Assembly: GCA_963796965.1 (NCBI GenBank)
Contig: CAWCNS010000005.1
Location: 1,188,592 to 1,252,591 of the forward strand
Origin: Calditrichia bacterium
GTDB taxonomy: Bacteria > Calditrichota > Calditrichia > JAJRVZ01
DNA: 64,000 nt
Direction of reading: 5' to 3'
Below, piece after piece: positions 61,123-64,000 of this stretch. Both the position numbers and the translations under genes were made by a program. Under the pieces are notes generated by a model. The model was not told where the DNA came from, searched no databases, and saw nothing but the letters and a program-made list of their open reading frames with translations. Each line of letters starts with the position of its first letter. Within the stretch, counting starts at the first letter, position 1.

Positions 61123-63864
61123 CTAACCCTTTTCACCAGACGGTTTAACTAAATCCATTTTTAACGCTTTGGAAATGGCATTGGTACGGTTATTAACATT
61201 CAGTTTTTTGTAGAGGCGATAGAGGGATTTTTTAATGCTATCCGGGGCAACATGGAACTTTTCGGCGATTTCTTTATTTTGATACCCTTCCTCGACCAGT
61301 TGCAGCAGATGTATTTCCCGTTTTGTAATTTTTTCAATTTCAGTTGCCGGAAATATCGGTAAAGTTACACTTCTTTGCCCGGACATTTTGGAAAAATTTA
61401 CCTGTTCTTCTTTAAAGGCTTTCTCGATCTTAGCCAGGTACGTATCATCCGGCCTTTTTCGATAAAACGTTTCGATCATTTCCTGCATCGGTGCACCCAA
61501 ATCCAAAAAACTGCGGATATGGCCGGTTGGTTTTGCAAGCGTCAGTGCTTCGTCAAGTGTTTTCAAAGCGTCTTTTTCATTACCCGTTTTTTCATAAAAA
61601 AGTGCCTGCAACGGTAAAGCCTGGATCAGCAGATTTTTTCTATACGTTGAACGCCCGAATTCTATTAATTGATTTAGACGTGTTCTCGCATCAGCTAATT
61701 TTTCTGGTTTACCCGAGGACATTAATAATCGAATTTGCGTCAACTGAGGAAAATAAAAGTAGAAAATTGGTGGATAAATTTCAAAATCGGCATCCTTACT
61801 CAATTGCCGAACCTCTGCCGGATTATTTTGTCGAAGCGCAAGTTCAATTTTAAACGCATTTACAAACTTCTGAAATTTTTGATTATCATAATCATCCACA
61901 AAGGTATCAAGTTTTTGCAAAAGTATTTCAAGTTCGGACGTCTTTCCCTGAGCAAGTAACGTAAATCCGCTAATAAACAAACAGTTTAATATCCAAAAGG
62001 GGCGTCCTGCATAATAATAATCCTGTATTTCATCTATAACCTCCGCTACTTTATCAAGCTCGTTTCTCAGGTAATAAACAGCACCGATATAGTAAATTGC
62101 ATAAGTGAATGAAACATATAATTTATTTACCAAACTGATTTGCCGATATTGGAGTGCTGAGTCCAGGATCATCGAAAGATTTCCTTCGAATGCATAAACC
62201 AATGATTTTATAAGCAGAATTGGCCGTCGGATAGAGGAAGCCGATGACATTTCATTAAAACTCGTTTCCAACATTTTACTTACTTTTTTTACCTGTCCGC
62301 TGTTCTGCAACGCTAAAGATCTGTATGCCAGAACAAATGCGCGCAGATAAGTTGAGCGGTGAGGAAGTAAATTTAACGCCTCTTTCGAATTGTTCAATGC
62401 CTCTTTCGTGTTCCCTGTGATGTAAGACAGACAAGAACGAATCGCATAGTATTCTCCCCATATATGGCCGGACGTATCGGTGTCCGCAGGCAAGCCGGGC
62501 AAAATTGACTCCGCAAGAGCTAAATCATTCTTCATTGCCTGATAATCGGCTGTCGTATCGTATAAAAACGCGCGTGTAAGTAAAATTTGCGGTTGCGTGT
62601 CTATATATACTTCGGGCACCAATTCTAGCCAATTTTTGAGACGGGTAAATTCGTCTTTATCCAGCAATTTGTGTTTATGTCGGTCAAAAATCTGTACAAT
62701 CCGATTTACATCATCTGATTTAACTGCATACCGAATTGCCTGGTCAAAGAGTTGATTTTCTTCAAAGAAGAGACTCGCTTTTTTGTGATAGGCCAAAATC
62801 TGTTCTTTGGTAAACTCTATTTCAAAATGTTTTGATAAAAAATCATGAAAAGAATGATGGAACCGGTACCAATGGCCTTCTTCATCCAACGGTATAATAA
62901 ACAATGTGGAAGATATTAGCTGATCAAATAAAGCATTATCAGGATAAAGTGCATTTTCATCTTCACTTTCTAAAACAGCTTCTAAAAATTCCCTGCTGAA
63001 GCGGTCTGATATGGATGCGACTAACAATAATTTACGCATAGACTCCGGCTCTCGCAGCAGAACTTCCTCTGCCAGATACTGGTGTAAATTTTGCTGGTCT
63101 ATTTTTAGTTCCTCAATCGTTTCCTCAACATTTTCACTCTTTGCAATGCGCATCAGCGTCATGCGCAAGCCGACAATCCAGCCTTCGGTTTTCTGCTCTA
63201 GGATAGAAGCCTGGTCTCTGTTGATTTCAATGCTCAGATATTTTTTAGCTAAAGTCACTATTTCATCTGTGCTGAATCTCAACCTGGACATGCGTAGATC
63301 GAACAGGTTACCATAGGACCGGATCTTTGTGATGTTTATCGGTGGATCACGTCTGGAAATAACCACCATATGTACATCGCCGGGTGGATTATTTAGAATT
63401 GTATCTATTGTCTTATAAATCGTGGAATTATTTATACGATGATAATCATCCAATACAATGATAAATTCTTCTGGTAATTCATTCAAATCATTGATCAGAT
63501 ATCTGATGAGTATTTTAAGCGGCGGCGTTTCGGTTCCATGAACAAGAGTATGCAGTTCGGTAAGAGATTCAGGAAAAACAGTGCGGATCGCATGGACCAG
63601 ATAGAAAAAGAAGGTAAGGACATCATTAAATTCATCGTCCAGAGATAGCCAACAGGAGCGGACTTTCGTTTTATTCAGCCATTGGCTGACCGTCACACTT
63701 TTACCAAAGCCAGCTGCCGCCACAACTAATGTCAGGGGATTTTGCCGATTCTCCTCCAACGAGTCAATAATATCTTCCCGGATCACATAGTGATCCTTGA
63801 CCAGGGGTTTATATAGTTTGGTGCGAAGAATGGGAAGAGGATTTTTTTTTTGATTTTGTTCCAT
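61123..63864 (-). CDS. MalT-like STAND ATPase / TPR / LuxR-HTH transcriptional regulator
   Basis: TKLYKP, AAAGFGKS (Walker A), WLSLD, IVLDDYH, TEGW, YRFHH and a C-terminal LuxR HTH. Confidence 0.92.
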   Translation of the reverse strand: MEQNQKKNPLPILRTKLYKPLVKDHYVIREDIIDSLEENRQNPLTLVVAAAGFGKSVTVSQWLNKTKVRSCWLSLDDEFNDVLTFFFYLVHAIRTVFPESLTELHTLVHGTETPPLKILIRYLINDLNELPEEFIIVLDDYHRINNSTIYKTIDTILNNPPGDVHMVVISRRDPPINITKIRSYGNLFDLRMSRLRFSTDEIVTLAKKYLSIEINRDQASILEQKTEGWIVGLRMTLMRIAKSENVEETIEELKIDQQNLHQYLAEEVLLREPESMRKLLLVASISDRFSREFLEAVLESEDENALYPDNALFDQLISSTLFIIPLDEEGHWYRFHHSFHDFLSKHFEIEFTKEQILAYHKKASLFFEENQLFDQAIRYAVKSDDVNRIVQIFDRHKHKLLDKDEFTRLKNWLELVPEVYIDTQPQILLTRAFLYDTTADYQAMKNDLALAESILPGLPADTDTSGHIWGEYYAIRSCLSYITGNTKEALNNSKEALNLLPHRSTYLRAFVLAYRSLALQNSGQVKKVSKMLETSFNEMSSASSIRRPILLIKSLVYAFEGNLSMILDSALQYRQISLVNKLYVSFTYAIYYIGAVYYLRNELDKVAEVIDEIQDYYYAGRPFWILNCLFISGFTLLAQGKTSELEILLQKLDTFVDDYDNQKFQKFVNAFKIELALRQNNPAEVRQLSKDADFEIYPPIFYFYFPQLTQIRLLMSSGKPEKLADARTRLNQLIEFGRSTYRKNLLIQALPLQALFYEKTGNEKDALKTLDEALTLAKPTGHIRSFLDLGAPMQEMIETFYRKRPDDTYLAKIEKAFKEEQVNFSKMSGQRSVTLPIFPATEIEKITKREIHLLQLVEEGYQNKEIAEKFHVAPDSIKKSLYRLYKKLNVNNRTNAISKALKMDLVKPSGEKG

Positions 63865-64000
63865 ATTAATTAAAATAGTACTGAATCACGATCAGTACCC
63901 TGCTAAAAATAAAATGAATTGTTTGTTTAAAATATCGTAGATAAAATTACTGAATTACAGTTGTGCAAGATATAACTATTCTAATTATACAATTATTTCA

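Larger units (their letters stand above)
32990..64000 (-). mobile_element. Probable tRNA-integrated genomic island (extends past the window end)
   Basis: Displaced tRNA 3' fragment at the left edge, short CCAT-ending repeats at 33050-33091, abrupt switch to co-oriented accessory genes of mixed GC. No integrase is seen in the window. Confidence 0.55.

Overview
Bacterial genomic DNA, AT-rich, from a diderm (possibly FCB-group or Calditrichota-like; the taxonomy is only a guess). Single-base frameshifts are scattered through many genes, including dnaK, and most look like long-read indel errors. There are three blocks. (1) 1-24.4 kb is a surface-polysaccharide locus: glycosyltransferases, a YfhO-type membrane protein, a D-glucuronyl C5-epimerase homologue, a heparinase II/III protein, an Asn-synthase-like amidoligase without Cys1, a wHTH-nucleotidyltransferase with an operator-like palindrome, Wzx, and an HpcH aldolase / CMP-transferase / dehydrogenase / Cst-like set suggesting a NeuB-independent ulosonic-acid pathway. 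(2) 24.4-32.3 kb holds housekeeping proteostasis genes (M1 peptidase, dnaK, degP, Zn peptidase) with sigma54-like promoters. (3) From about 33 kb to the window end is a probable genomic island bounded by an interrupted 3' tRNA-Leu remnant. All its genes are on the minus strand, downstream of a MalT-like STAND-LuxR regulator, 11-bp-phased direct repeats and a small ACT-like gene. It carries a long array of exported amide/ester hydrolases and outer-membrane channels. The most unusual signal is a near-identical AT-rich RBS plus signal-peptide DNA module joined to three different GC-rich enzymes, with a partial fourth copy. Around it are in-frame chimeric gene scars, a duplicated intergenic segment and an attC-like site. 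Together these suggest a modular, recombination-driven array that captures and exports hydrolases. A MITE family with 8-bp target duplications and nested REP-like palindromes is also present. No rRNA, intact tRNA or CRISPR array was seen.
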